Source: Burkholderiales bacterium
Lineage (GTDB): Bacteria > Pseudomonadota > Gammaproteobacteria > Burkholderiales > JACQAP01
Length of the DNA: 64,000 nucleotides
Assembly (NCBI GenBank): GCA_046155535.1
Contig: JBJXFN010000008.1
Span: 7,321-71,320 of the forward strand
Reading direction: 5' to 3'
Positions 1 through 9,405 of the stretch are shown here, piece by piece; within the stretch, counting starts at the first letter, position 1; each line of letters starts with the position of its first letter. The translations under genes were made by a program, and so were the position numbers. The notes beneath the pieces are model-generated. The model ran no database searches, was not told the DNA's origin, and saw only the letters and a program-made list of their open reading frames with translations.

Positions 1-348
1 TTTGTGCGGGAACAAAAAGTCCCGATCGAGTTGGAATGGGATGACTTGGATTCGACTTGCGCACATGTGCTGGCGATGGCAGCTGAAGTCGCCATCGGCA
101 CCGGCCGCCTGCTGCCGGATGGACATATCGGCAGAATGGCAGTGCTTGCACCCTGGCGTGGTCTCGGCGTGGGCAGCGCCATGCTCACGACCCTGATTGA
201 TCTGGCGCGCCAACGGAAACTCTCTCGGCTGGAATTACATGCCCAGGAACACGCGATCGGGTTTTACCAGCGTCACGGCTTTGCCACCGAAGGAGAAAAA
301 TTTGACGAGGCGGGCATTCCGCATCGCCGGATGGTCATGAACCTGTAA
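1..348 (+). CDS. GNAT family N-acetyltransferase (5'-truncated by window edge)
   Basis: The ORF runs off the left edge. The tail 'GRMAVLAPWRGLGVGSAML...HAIGFYQRHGF' matches the GNAT acetyl-CoA-binding motif (R-x-x-G-x-G/A) and the C-terminal aromatic-GF motif. Confidence 0.8.
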   Translation, partial: FVREQKVPIELEWDDLDSTCAHVLAMAAEVAIGTGRLLPDGHIGRMAVLAPWRGLGVGSAMLTTLIDLARQRKLSRLELHAQEHAIGFYQRHGFATEGEKFDEAGIPHRRMVMNL

Positions 349-1129
349 GGGCGGGATCCGGGCGGGACACCACAAAATCGAAGTGCCGGTCGCCGACTCT
401 GTTGCCTTGTTCGGAAAACGACCGTTCACGAAAATGCACGGCACCGTTCCGGTCGATCAGCAGCAAAGATGACACGCGGGTCCCATATCCGGGAGCGGAG
501 ATGAACGCCGCGGACAAGGTTCTTTCCCAATCCTGGCTGATGCCAGTCTGCGGCAGCAGTTGGTCCTCGGCAATCCGGCGCTCGGCAAGCAAGTCGAACA
601 ATGCTTCGCCGGCGGGTGCCTGGGACGCACTGAGAATCTCGCGCAGGCCGCGTTTTCCCCTTTCGACCTTGGGCCAGGGGGAATCCAGGAGATGATTGCT
701 CAGCCCATACAATCCGGGCTCCAGGATTTGACTGGCTGGCAGTTCGCTGGATAAAAAAACCACACCATCGCGATCCCCCAGCAGCAGATTGAATCCGCCA
801 AATTGGTGTCGCAAAGGCAGGAGATTCCGTGCGCAGGATTTCGCGCGATCGCCGCCGCGCAAATAATGGGTGACGAGTTCTCCTCGCGAGCGCTCACCGG
901 TTCGCAGGCGATTACCATCTCGAAAATTGGTAACCGCCGCCCAGCGCCCGTCACGGTGGACCCCCATCCAGGTGCCGCCGGCCTGCCGGTCCCGCCCCCC
1001 GAGTATCTCCGGGGCATCGGCCCAGAATCCGGCGGGATCGGTCGGTCGCTGGAAAAATTCGTCGCGATTGGCCGCCAGAACCAGATCGTATCCAGGGTGC
1101 TCTTGATGGGAAAACAGGATCAGGCACAT
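335..1129 (-). CDS. NRDE family protein (DUF833 / TANGO2-like)
   Basis: Contains the literal 'AANRDEF' motif. The conserved N-terminus 'MCLILF' (Met-Cys start) is typical of this family. I moved the start from the ORF-track ATG at 1144 to the ATG at 1129. Confidence 0.8.
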   Translation of the reverse strand: MCLILFSHQEHPGYDLVLAANRDEFFQRPTDPAGFWADAPEILGGRDRQAGGTWMGVHRDGRWAAVTNFRDGNRLRTGERSRGELVTHYLRGGDRAKSCARNLLPLRHQFGGFNLLLGDRDGVVFLSSELPASQILEPGLYGLSNHLLDSPWPKVERGKRGLREILSASQAPAGEALFDLLAERRIAEDQLLPQTGISQDWERTLSAAFISAPGYGTRVSSLLLIDRNGAVHFRERSFSEQGNRVGDRHFDFVVSRPDPALTGS

Positions 1130-1404
1130 GGCTCGCGAAAACATTCCAGATTCCGTGTGCCTTCGGGCGGCAGAAGTCCGGTGAATTGCAATTCGTCAAC
1201 ACATTGCGCAAGGGTTTGTTCGAATTGCGCCGGTTGCTCGACGTCCTCGTAGATTTCCATCCACAGGTCGGGTTCGTCCCGGCGGACCAGCAAACGCCCG
1301 CGAACGCCGGCCCGAGTGCCCATCAGCTCGAACAAACGCGTCAGCACGGGATTCGCCAGCCGCGGATCACTCACCCGATAATAGATGTAATAGGAAAACG
1401 ACAT
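1120..1404 (-). CDS. DUF4936 family protein
   Basis: A 94-aa ORF, 'MSFSYYIYYRV...LLVRRDEPDLWMEIYE', resembling the small conserved DUF4936 family. Its 3' end overlaps the NRDE gene start by 10 nt, suggesting co-translation. Confidence 0.55.
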   Translation of the reverse strand: MSFSYYIYYRVSDPRLANPVLTRLFELMGTRAGVRGRLLVRRDEPDLWMEIYEDVEQPAQFEQTLAQCVDELQFTGLLPPEGTRNLECFREPCA

Positions 1405-1410
1405 GCTGCG

Positions 1411-2385
1411 CTAGCGGGGTCCCACAGTCCATGCGGGGGGAAGAGGGCGCGGATGCACACGAGCACCATCTCCCGATTTCAGGTGCAGAACTTGACCGGC
1501 CAGGGATTCCTGCACGACGGCGAGCAGATCCCAGCCCGCCTGCGGAGCCGGTGCCACATTCAGCACCATGCCGCAGGATAGATTGCCCGCGAATAGCGCA
1601 TCGCCCGCAGCCGCAGAGGCCTCGGCGCTGCCGGCCCAAAGCCGCCGCTTCACATGGCCGAGATATTGGCTGCGGGCGACGATTTCCTGGCCAGGGTAAC
1701 AGCCTTTCTGGAAACCCACGCCACCGATCGCGTCCAACCCGACCATCTGCGGAATAAATTGGTCCCGGGTCGGTGGCAGTACCCAGGGAATGCCGGCATG
1801 AATTTGCAGCCAGTCCCAATGTTGCGTGTCGGCCTGCACCGTTTCGCTCGCGGCCCGCTCCCGATGCCGGGCGACGGTGTCAGCCGGGCCAGCCACCAAA
1901 AAAAGGTCATCGGGGAGGCGAACGCCCAGAATCTGATCGTGCCAGACGACTTCCAAAATGCGACTGGGTGCAGCGCCAAACAATTTGTCCATGTGCCCCC
2001 CTGCGGCCGGACCTGCCAGGCCCAACGCTCGGAAGTCGCTGGCGCCGTCAATCTTCACGCGGGCGCGCAAGACGAATTTTCGGAGCCGGTCCGCAAGCGA
2101 GCTGGCCATCGCCGAAGGAAGATGAATCAGGTAACCTTCGGGCGCACAAATCAGCAGAAAATTGGCCAGCAACCGCCCTTGGGGCGAACAATATCCGCCG
2201 AATTGTGCCCGCCGGGGTGTGCATTGGAGAACGTCATTGGTCAATTGACCCTGCAAGAAAGACTGTGCCTCCTCGCCTTGAATCCGCAAAAATTCATAGT
2301 CGACAAGGGGGCAGGCAACGGCTGCCTCACGCGCCGCAGGCAAATCGCGCTGGATGGTGTTGGAAGCGGGGGTCGTAACCGTCAT
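1411..2385 (-). CDS. ygfZ: tRNA-modifying / folate-binding protein YgfZ
   Basis: Shows GcvT-like folate-binding features and the YgfZ signature 'FQKGCYPGQEIVARSQYLG'. The ORF-track entry (to 2769) is over-extended. The ATG at 2385 ('MTVTTPASN...') gives about 324 aa, the normal family length. Confidence 0.85.
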   Translation of the reverse strand: MTVTTPASNTIQRDLPAAREAAVACPLVDYEFLRIQGEEAQSFLQGQLTNDVLQCTPRRAQFGGYCSPQGRLLANFLLICAPEGYLIHLPSAMASSLADRLRKFVLRARVKIDGASDFRALGLAGPAAGGHMDKLFGAAPSRILEVVWHDQILGVRLPDDLFLVAGPADTVARHRERAASETVQADTQHWDWLQIHAGIPWVLPPTRDQFIPQMVGLDAIGGVGFQKGCYPGQEIVARSQYLGHVKRRLWAGSAEASAAAGDALFAGNLSCGMVLNVAPAPQAGWDLLAVVQESLAGQVLHLKSGDGARVHPRPLPPAWTVGPR

Positions 2386-2456
2386 TTGCGGGGCAATATT
2401 CTTCTTGTCCACGGAGTTTGTCTTGGTATTGCCGATAGGCCGCCAATTATAGGACG

Positions 2457-2921
2457 ATGACCATGGGAATCCTCGCGTCGTTGACGGTTGAGATCGTTGG
2501 ATCACGAATTCTTGCAGGGGCCTTGATCGCGGTCCATGCGGTGTCAGCGGGCCTTGCACTGGCTTATCTCCAACCTTTGTGGCTCGGAATCCTGGTTGTC
2601 GCAATCCTGGGCGGGAGCCTGGCGTTTCACTTGCAGCGGGATGTCCGGCTCTGTGCAGCAGGCTCGATCCTGGGCCTGCGCTTCGAGGAGAGCGGACGCT
2701 GCCTTCTGCGTTTGCGCGGCGGCGAAACGTTACCGGGAACCGTTTTGCCTTCCAGTTTCTCCACTCCAATCCTGAATGTCCTCAGGGTAAAAACCCCTGT
2801 CGGAAGCCGGTCGGTGGTGCTTTTCCCGGACAGCGCGAGCCCGGACGATCTGCGCCGGCTGCGGGTATGGTTGCGCAGTCCCAGAGCACTGCCCAAGCCG
2901 CCGGTACCCGGGCAGAACTGA
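2457..2921 (+). CDS. YgfX/CptA-like two-TM membrane protein
   Basis: Has two N-terminal hydrophobic helices followed by 'RLR...LFPDSASPDDLRRLRVWLR', resembling E. coli YgfX ('...AADSMDEAEWRDLRRIL'). It is divergent from ygfZ, as ygfX/sdhE are in E. coli. The family assignment is by eye only. Confidence 0.5.
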   Translation: MTMGILASLTVEIVGSRILAGALIAVHAVSAGLALAYLQPLWLGILVVAILGGSLAFHLQRDVRLCAAGSILGLRFEESGRCLLRLRGGETLPGTVLPSSFSTPILNVLRVKTPVGSRSVVLFPDSASPDDLRRLRVWLRSPRALPKPPVPGQN

Positions 2922-2949
2922 CCGGGCGAATCTATTTGCCAAGTGTATT

Positions 2950-2977
2950 GAACCAATTCAGGGCCGGGAGGGTCTTT
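2950..2977 (+). promoter_or_regulatory. Candidate sigma-E/AlgU-type autoregulatory promoter upstream of rpoE
   Basis: 'GAACCA'-N17-'TCTTT' compared with the known ECF sigma-E/AlgU consensus GAACTT-N16/17-TCTNA. It lies about 100 nt upstream of the rpoE ATG. The match is imperfect. Confidence 0.25.
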
Positions 2978-3080
2978 GGAATAACGCAGACCGGAGCGAT
3001 TTCCCGTAGCGGATTCGGCAGGTATACTGAGGCGCCTTTTTGGGGACGCCGGACCGTCGAACAATTATTCGGGAAATGAA

Positions 3081-3680
3081 ATGGGAGACCGTGAAGTCGA
3101 CCAATTGCTGGTCGAGCGGGCCCAACGTGGAGAAAAACAGGCCTTCGAACTGCTGGTTGCCAAGTATCAGCGCAAGCTGGGCCGCCTGTTGAGTCGCTTC
3201 ATACGCGATCCGGCAGAAGTGGAAGATGTCGCGCAGGAGGCGTTTATCAAGGCCTACCGGGCGCTGCCTTCCTTTCGCGGTGATAGTGCGTTTTATACAT
3301 GGTTGTACCGAATTGGCATCAACACGGCGAAGAATTACCTGGTGGCCATGGGCCGGCGCGCGCCGACAACGACGATTGCCGACAATGAAGAGGCAGAAAA
3401 TTTCGACGACGGCGGCCAACTCCGGGAACTGAACACTCCGGAGGCCGAACTGATGACCAAGCAGATTGCCGCCACAGTGAACCAGGCAATGGATGCATTG
3501 CCAGAAGAATTGCGCACGGCAATTACCTTGCGGGAAATCGAAGGCATGAGTTACGAGGACATTGCTTCGGTGATGGATTGCCCGATCGGAACGGTGCGAT
3601 CGAGAATATTCAGGGCCAGGGAAACCATTGCCGCGCAGCTTCGTCCGCTGCTGGGCACGAGCACGGAAAAGAGGTGGTAG
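3081..3680 (+). CDS. rpoE: RNA polymerase sigma factor RpoE (sigma-24, AlgU-like)
   Basis: 'DQLLVERAQRGEKQAFELLVAKYQRKL...FYTWLYRIGINTA' aligns closely with E. coli RpoE. The region 4 helix-turn-helix 'SYEDIASVMDCPIGTVRSRIFRAR' is present. Confidence 0.95.
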   Translation: MGDREVDQLLVERAQRGEKQAFELLVAKYQRKLGRLLSRFIRDPAEVEDVAQEAFIKAYRALPSFRGDSAFYTWLYRIGINTAKNYLVAMGRRAPTTTIADNEEAENFDDGGQLRELNTPEAELMTKQIAATVNQAMDALPEELRTAITLREIEGMSYEDIASVMDCPIGTVRSRIFRARETIAAQLRPLLGTSTEKRW

Positions 3681-3682
3681 TT

Positions 3683-4204
3683 ATGGAGAAATTGTCCGAA
3701 TTCATGGATGGCGAATCGGCCGGGCAGGACGCAGCCGCCAATTTGAAACGACTGCTCGAAGATCCGCGACGACGCGAAAACTGGGAAACCTACCACCTGA
3801 TAGGCGATGCTTTACGAGGGGAATTAGAGGTTTCCCGGGACTTCCGCGCCAGGTTTGCGAAAAAGCTGGCAGGCGAACCCACGGTGCTCGCACCGCATCG
3901 ACCACGGGGTTTGCAGGTCATTCGGAGATTCTCGCTGCCTGTTGCAGCCTCTGCTGCCGGCGTCGCCTTGGTGGCCTGGGTGGCACTTTTTAGCGGCCCT
4001 TCAATGCCACCCGGTTCGGACAACATTGCGTCGGACTCCGGACAAAAGGCATCCACCATGGTGGTCCAGGAGACGGTCAGCGCCACCAAGGATGAGATTC
4101 ACGATTATCTGTTGGCGCATCAACAGTTCTCGCCCAGGACGACGATTCAAGGGGTGGCATCCTACGTCAGAACAGTGTCCGGCGAAGATGCCGGCGGCCG
4201 GTGA
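3683..4204 (+). CDS. rseA: Anti-sigma-E factor RseA/MucA
   Basis: Lies immediately downstream of rpoE. The N-terminal 'EKLSEFMDGE' and 'W..YHLIGDALRGE' motifs and the central TM segment are typical of RseA/MucA. The start is the ATG at 3683 rather than the ORF-track 3578, which overlaps rpoE. Confidence 0.85.
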   Translation: MEKLSEFMDGESAGQDAAANLKRLLEDPRRRENWETYHLIGDALRGELEVSRDFRARFAKKLAGEPTVLAPHRPRGLQVIRRFSLPVAASAAGVALVAWVALFSGPSMPPGSDNIASDSGQKASTMVVQETVSATKDEIHDYLLAHQQFSPRTTIQGVASYVRTVSGEDAGGR

Positions 4205-5178
4205 GTCATTTCCTGCGTGCGTTGAGCCTCGCCGGCCTGGCACTCCTGGTATGCCAGGCAGTTGCGGACCCCATTCCGCGCCTCGAAGCGGAATTGATGC
4301 TGCAAAGGATTGCCAACGCAGCCCGTGAGCTGAATTATTCCGGCACCGTGGTCTATCAGCATGGAGACCGGGTGGAAACCTCGCGGATCGTGCATTTTGT
4401 CGATGAGACGGGCGAGCACGAAAAGCTGGAAACTCTGGACGGTCCGCGTCGCGAAGTGATTCGCAACAATGACGAAGTGTCCTGTTATTACCCCGAAATC
4501 AAAATGGTGCGCAGCGACAAACGCATTCGCCGCAGTTTCCCGGCCCTGCTTCCCGAACAACTTGCCGGCCTGGCAGAACACTATCTGATTCGATTTGGGG
4601 ACCCCGAACGCATCGCTGGATACGACGCCGAGGCCCTGATTCTGGAGCCCAAGGACGCCATGCGTTACGGCCACAAATTCTGGGCCGATTCGGCGTCCGG
4701 ATTGCTGCTTAAGGCCAGGATGGTGAATGAACGGCATCACGTGGTGGAACAATTCAGCTTTACTCAACTGACCATCGGCGCCGGCATCACCAGGGAAATG
4801 GTGCAGCCCTCTTTCCGTCCGCAAAATCCGCAGTGGCGCCGTGACCGCTTCGGTGAGAGTCTGGTCAGAAACGCAGAGTCAGACTGGATCGTCAAGAACT
4901 TCCCGGCTGGATTTCGCAAGATCATGGAGTTGCAACGCGCGAAACAAGGGCGCGGCGCCCAGGTCACGCATATGGTTTTTTCCGATGGACTGGCGGCAGT
5001 GTCCATATTCATCGAGCCGGCCTCCAACCGAAGACAAGCCAGCGAAGGCCTGTACCAGCAAGGCGCAATCAGTGTTTACACCCGCACACTCAATGATCAG
5101 ATCATCACGGTCTTGGGAGAGACCCCCGCATCGACCGTTATGCAAATGGCCAAATCGATCGCGCCTCGCGGACAATGA
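4201..5178 (+). CDS. rseB: Sigma-E regulatory protein RseB/MucB
   Basis: Has a signal peptide, then 'LLQRIANAARELNYSGTVVYQHGDRVETSRIVH', typical of MucB/RseB. The GTG start overlaps the rseA stop. Confidence 0.85.
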   Translation: MSHFLRALSLAGLALLVCQAVADPIPRLEAELMLQRIANAARELNYSGTVVYQHGDRVETSRIVHFVDETGEHEKLETLDGPRREVIRNNDEVSCYYPEIKMVRSDKRIRRSFPALLPEQLAGLAEHYLIRFGDPERIAGYDAEALILEPKDAMRYGHKFWADSASGLLLKARMVNERHHVVEQFSFTQLTIGAGITREMVQPSFRPQNPQWRRDRFGESLVRNAESDWIVKNFPAGFRKIMELQRAKQGRGAQVTHMVFSDGLAAVSIFIEPASNRRQASEGLYQQGAISVYTRTLNDQIITVLGETPASTVMQMAKSIAPRGQ

Positions 5179-5244
5179 GGCCGCTTCGTCCACAGCCGAC
5201 GGTTTCTTTTCCGATTTTCCAACTTCGATAGGCGTCGATTTCCA

Positions 5245-6624
5245 ATGATGAGATTACTGCTTTCTGTGCTCGCCCTGTGCGCACCTGTCTTTGCGTTTGC
5301 CCAGGTTCAGGGCTTGCCGGACTTTACCGAACTGGTGGAAAAACATGGCGCGGCGGTGGTGAATGTGAGCACATCGTCCAACATTCAGAATACGCCCCGG
5401 CCCCAGGTTCCGGAAGACGATCCCTTTTACGATTTTTTCCGTCGGTTCGGCCCGCCGCAACCGCGAGAGCATGAAACGAACTCCATGGGCTCCGGTTTTA
5501 TCGTCAGCGCGGATGGGTACATTCTGACCAATGCCCATGTGGTGGATGCCGCTGATGACGTCAACGTCAAGCTCAGCGACAAGCGCGAATTCAAAGCGAA
5601 GGTCATTGGCGCGGACAAGCGTTCCGATGTGGCAATCATCAAGATCGAGGCAACCGGACTGCCTGTGTTAAAAATCGGCGATCCCGACAAACTCAAAGTG
5701 GGCGAATGGGTGCTGGCAATCGGCTCGCCGTTCGGTTTCGAAAGTTCGGTGACCGCGGGTATCGTCAGCGCCAAGGGGCGTTCGCTTCCGCAGGAGAATT
5801 ACGTGCCCTTCATCCAGACCGATGTGGCGATCAATCCCGGCAATTCCGGTGGTCCGCTGTTCAATCTGCGGGGCGAAGTGGTCGGCATCAATTCGCAGAT
5901 ATACAGCCGCACCGGCGGCTTCATGGGACTGTCCTTCGCCATCCCGATTGATGTTGCCATGGACATTGCAAATCAGTTCCGGCAATCCGGGCGAATCAGC
6001 CGTGGCCGCATAGGAGTGGTGATTCAGGAAGTCACCCGCGAACTGGCCGAGTCCTTCGGGCTGCCGAAACCGGCGGGGGCGCTGGTCAATTCGGTGGAAA
6101 AAGGGGGGCCGGCCGACAAGGCTGGCCTGGAAGCCTCAGACGTCATTCTCAAGTTCGATGGCAAGACGGTGAACAATTCTGCAGACCTGCCCAGAATCGT
6201 GGCCCAGACGAAACCTGGCTCCCGGGTCACGGCCCAGATCTGGCGAAAGGGCAGCTCCAAGGACGTCACGGTCACGGTGGGTGAAATGCCGGAAGAAAAA
6301 CAGGCGCAGCGCGGCCAGAAGAAAGAGGGGAAACCCGCCAACATGGTCGCCCGCCTGGGTCTGGCCCTGAGCGAACTCAGCGCGGATCAAAGGCGGGAAA
6401 TCAATGCCGCCGGCGGCCTGCTGGTCGAAGAGGTCCAGGGACAGGCAGCCAAGGCTGGCATCCGCCGGGGCGACATCGTCCTCGCGCTCAACAATCAGGA
6501 TGTCAAATCGATCGAGCAGTTGAATCAACTGATAAATCATTTCGATAAGGCGCGCAGCGTCGCGTTGTTGATCCGCCGTGGCGAAAGTTCATTGTATGTG
6601 CCGCTGCGTCTGGACGGGAATTGA
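5245..6624 (+). CDS. Do/DegQ/MucD family periplasmic serine endoprotease
   Basis: Has a signal peptide, trypsin-like motifs 'LTNAHVV' and 'GNSGGPLFN', and two PDZ-like C-terminal repeats. Its position after rseB matches mucD in Pseudomonas. Confidence 0.9.
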   Translation: MMRLLLSVLALCAPVFAFAQVQGLPDFTELVEKHGAAVVNVSTSSNIQNTPRPQVPEDDPFYDFFRRFGPPQPREHETNSMGSGFIVSADGYILTNAHVVDAADDVNVKLSDKREFKAKVIGADKRSDVAIIKIEATGLPVLKIGDPDKLKVGEWVLAIGSPFGFESSVTAGIVSAKGRSLPQENYVPFIQTDVAINPGNSGGPLFNLRGEVVGINSQIYSRTGGFMGLSFAIPIDVAMDIANQFRQSGRISRGRIGVVIQEVTRELAESFGLPKPAGALVNSVEKGGPADKAGLEASDVILKFDGKTVNNSADLPRIVAQTKPGSRVTAQIWRKGSSKDVTVTVGEMPEEKQAQRGQKKEGKPANMVARLGLALSELSADQRREINAAGGLLVEEVQGQAAKAGIRRGDIVLALNNQDVKSIEQLNQLINHFDKARSVALLIRRGESSLYVPLRLDGN

Positions 6625-6730
6625 ATATCCCTCCGTAAGGACTGCCCGGGACTGATCTACCGGCAGTGCTGCGGCGCACTGCCGGACAGCAAAATCCGTT
6701 ACAATTCGCCGCCTTGAAATACTCCCCAAA

Positions 6731-6753
6731 GGGCACGCAAAGTGCCCTTTTTT
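6731..6753 (+). terminator. Rho-independent terminator downstream of degQ/mucD
   Basis: Stem 'GGGCAC', loop 'gcaaa', stem 'GTGCCC', followed by TTTTTT (6748-6753). It ends 3 nt before the lepA ATG. Confidence 0.6.
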
Positions 6754-6756
6754 CTG

Positions 6757-8550
6757 ATGCAGCAAATCCGGAACTTCTCGATCATTGCGCATATCGACCA
6801 CGGCAAATCCACGCTGGCGGACCGGATTATCCAGCGATGTGGCGGGCTCTCCGACCGCGAAATGGGCGAACAGGTGCTCGATTCCATGGATCTGGAACGC
6901 GAACGAGGCATCACCATCAAGGCCCAGACAGCGGCGCTCCAGTACCAGGCGCGGGACGGCACCCGTTACCAACTGAACCTGATCGACACACCTGGGCATG
7001 TGGACTTCTCCTACGAGGTCAGCCGCTCGCTGGCCGCCTGTGAAGGTGCCCTGCTGGTGGTGGATGCCTCCCAGGGTGTGGAAGCTCAGACCGTCGCCAA
7101 TTGTTATACGGCCATCGAGCAAGGGGTGGAAGTGGTGCCGGTCCTCAACAAGATCGACCTGCCGTCCGCAGAGCCCGACCGTGTGATCTCCGAGATTGAG
7201 GACATCATCGGCATTCCTGCAAAGGAGGCGGTGCACTGCAGCGCCAAAACCGGGCTGGGCGTGGAAGACGTGCTGGAGGCCGTCATCGCGCGCATCCCGC
7301 CACCGCAAGGAAAGGAAGATGCTCCGCTCAAGGCACTCATCATCGACTCCTGGTTCGACAATTATGTCGGGGTGGTGATGCTGGTCCGGATGGTCGATGG
7401 CGTGCTCAAACCAAAGGACAAGATCTTGCTCATGTCCACCAAGGCGCACTATCTTTGCGAGCAGGTCGGCGTGTTCACGCCGAAATCCCTGCTTCGCGAG
7501 GAACTGCGGGCCGGAGAGGTGGGATTCGTGATTGCCGGGATCAAAGAACTCAAGGGGGCGCAGGTGGGTGACACCATTACATCTGCAATGCGCCCTGCCG
7601 ACCAGGCGCTGCCCGGGTTCAAGGAAATCAAGCCGCAGGTATTTGCCGGCTTGTATCCGGTGGAATCCAACCAGTACGACTCCCTGCGCGATGCGCTGGA
7701 AAAATTGCACCTGAATGACTCATCGTTGCGTTACGAGCCCGAAACCAGCCAGGCCCTCGGATTTGGGTTTCGTTGTGGATTTCTGGGACTTCTGCATCTG
7801 GACATCGTGCAGGAGCGCCTGGAGCGGGAGTACAACATGAATCTGATCACCACGGCGCCGACGGTGATCTATGAGGTGCGCCTGCGCGATGGAACCGTGG
7901 TGGAAATCGAAAACCCTTCGCGCCTGCCGGAAGTTTCGAAAATCGAGGAAATCCGGGAGCCCATCATCACCGCGACCATTCTTGTTCCCCAGGATTATGT
8001 CGGTCCCGTCATGACCCTGTGCAACAACAAGCGGGGCGCACAACGCAACATGCAATACATGGGGCGCCAGGTCATGTTGACCTACGAGCTGCCGCTAAAT
8101 GAAGTGGTGATGGATTTCTTCGACAAACTCAAATCCGTCAGCCGGGGATATGCTTCCCTCGATTACGACTTCAAGGAGTTTAGGGCAGGGGACCTGGTCA
8201 AACTCGATGTGCTGATCAACAGCGAAAAGGTCGACGCCTTGTCGCTCATCGTGCACAGGGCGAACAGCCAGTATCGCGGACGCGAGCTGGCCTCGCGCAT
8301 GCGCGAACTCATTCCCCGGCAGATGTTCGACATCGCCATTCAGGCTGCCATCGGAGCACATATCATCGCGAGGGAAACTGTCAAGGCTTTGCGCAAAAAC
8401 GTCCTGGCAAAGTGTTACGGTGGTGACATCTCACGCAAGCGCAAATTGCTCGAAAAACAAAAAGCCGGCAAGAAACGCATGAAGCAGGTGGGCACGGTGG
8501 AAATTCCCCAGGAGGCTTTTCTTGCCATCCTGCAGGTGGAAAACAAATGA
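6757..8550 (+). CDS. lepA: Translation elongation factor 4 (LepA)
   Basis: '[23 protein letters not shown]' aligns residue-for-residue with the E. coli LepA N-terminus. DTPGH and NKID GTPase motifs are present. The alternative GTG at 6742 (ORF track) lies inside the terminator stem. Confidence 0.93.
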   Translation: MQQIRNFSIIAHIDHGKSTLADRIIQRCGGLSDREMGEQVLDSMDLERERGITIKAQTAALQYQARDGTRYQLNLIDTPGHVDFSYEVSRSLAACEGALLVVDASQGVEAQTVANCYTAIEQGVEVVPVLNKIDLPSAEPDRVISEIEDIIGIPAKEAVHCSAKTGLGVEDVLEAVIARIPPPQGKEDAPLKALIIDSWFDNYVGVVMLVRMVDGVLKPKDKILLMSTKAHYLCEQVGVFTPKSLLREELRAGEVGFVIAGIKELKGAQVGDTITSAMRPADQALPGFKEIKPQVFAGLYPVESNQYDSLRDALEKLHLNDSSLRYEPETSQALGFGFRCGFLGLLHLDIVQERLEREYNMNLITTAPTVIYEVRLRDGTVVEIENPSRLPEVSKIEEIREPIITATILVPQDYVGPVMTLCNNKRGAQRNMQYMGRQVMLTYELPLNEVVMDFFDKLKSVSRGYASLDYDFKEFRAGDLVKLDVLINSEKVDALSLIVHRANSQYRGRELASRMRELIPRQMFDIAIQAAIGAHIIARETVKALRKNVLAKCYGGDISRKRKLLEKQKAGKKRMKQVGTVEIPQEAFLAILQVENK

Positions 8551-8587
8551 CAACCGCGGCGCTTTGCCCGCACGGGACGGGATCAAG

Positions 8588-9394
8588 ATGAATTTTGCAT
8601 TGCTGATGTTGACGCTGCTCGTGCTCACCGGCTTGGTGTGGCTCATGGACCAGTTCTGGTTACGCAAACGAAGGACAGCAGGCGCCAAGGAGCCCTGGTG
8701 GGTCGAGTACCCCAAGAGTTTTTTCCCGATTATCCTGATTGTTTTTGTCCTGCGATCGTTTCTGGTCGAGCCGTTCAAGATTCCGTCCGGATCGATGATC
8801 CCGACGTTGCTGGTCGGCGACTTCATCCTGGTGAACAAATTCACATACGGTATCCGATTGCCGGTCATCAACAAAAAAGTCATCGACATCCATTTGCCGA
8901 GCCGCGGCGAAGTGATGGTGTTTCGATATCCCGAAAATCCAACGCTCGATTACATCAAGCGGGTGGTGGGCTTGCCGGGTGACCGCATCGAATATCGGGA
9001 CAATAAACGACTGTATGTCAACAATCTGCCGGTCCCCACCGAAATCGACAGCGCCACCCAAAATCCGGATGGCGGCGCGTCGTTTGCCAGCGCCATTCGC
9101 CTGACAGAAACACTCGATGGCCGCCCACACTCGATCATGGTCAATCCGGATTCCCCGCCGCTCCAGTTGGCCGGTGTGAAGCAATTCCCCCACAGGCAGA
9201 ACTGCGATTACAATGACCAGGGCTTCACCTGTGTTGTGCCCCCGGAACATTATTTCATGATGGGAGACAACCGCGACTCGAGTTCGGACAGCCGGTATTG
9301 GGGTTTTGTGCCCGAACAACACATTGTCGGCAAGGCGTTTCTGGTTTGGTGGAACTTCAGCGATCTGAAGCGCGTTGGCGACCGGATCCATTGA
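8588..9394 (+). CDS. lepB: Signal peptidase I
   Basis: Has an N-terminal TM segment, the 'SGSMIPTL' Ser box, the 'YIKRVVGLPGD' Lys box and the 'GDNRDSSSDSRYWGFV' box E. The start is the ATG at 8588, because the ORF-track 8522 overlaps lepA. Confidence 0.93.
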   Translation: MNFALLMLTLLVLTGLVWLMDQFWLRKRRTAGAKEPWWVEYPKSFFPIILIVFVLRSFLVEPFKIPSGSMIPTLLVGDFILVNKFTYGIRLPVINKKVIDIHLPSRGEVMVFRYPENPTLDYIKRVVGLPGDRIEYRDNKRLYVNNLPVPTEIDSATQNPDGGASFASAIRLTETLDGRPHSIMVNPDSPPLQLAGVKQFPHRQNCDYNDQGFTCVVPPEHYFMMGDNRDSSSDSRYWGFVPEQHIVGKAFLVWWNFSDLKRVGDRIH

Positions 9395-9405
9395 CGGGAG
9401 AACGG

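Noticed and set aside
1411-2769. Over-extended ORF-track N-termini. Examples are ygfZ to 2769, the CDF from 13891, hpt to 47134, fabD to 27140, def to 45516, map from 41391, pgsA from 17800 and lepB from 8522.
   Set aside because: The extensions overlap neighbouring genes, are Arg/Pro/Gly-rich, and precede internal starts that reproduce the canonical family N-termini. I treated them as artefacts of longest-ORF calling.
6589-7710. 373-aa ORF antisense to lepA
   Set aside because: It is a shadow ORF opposite the LepA GTPase domain, with no independent support.
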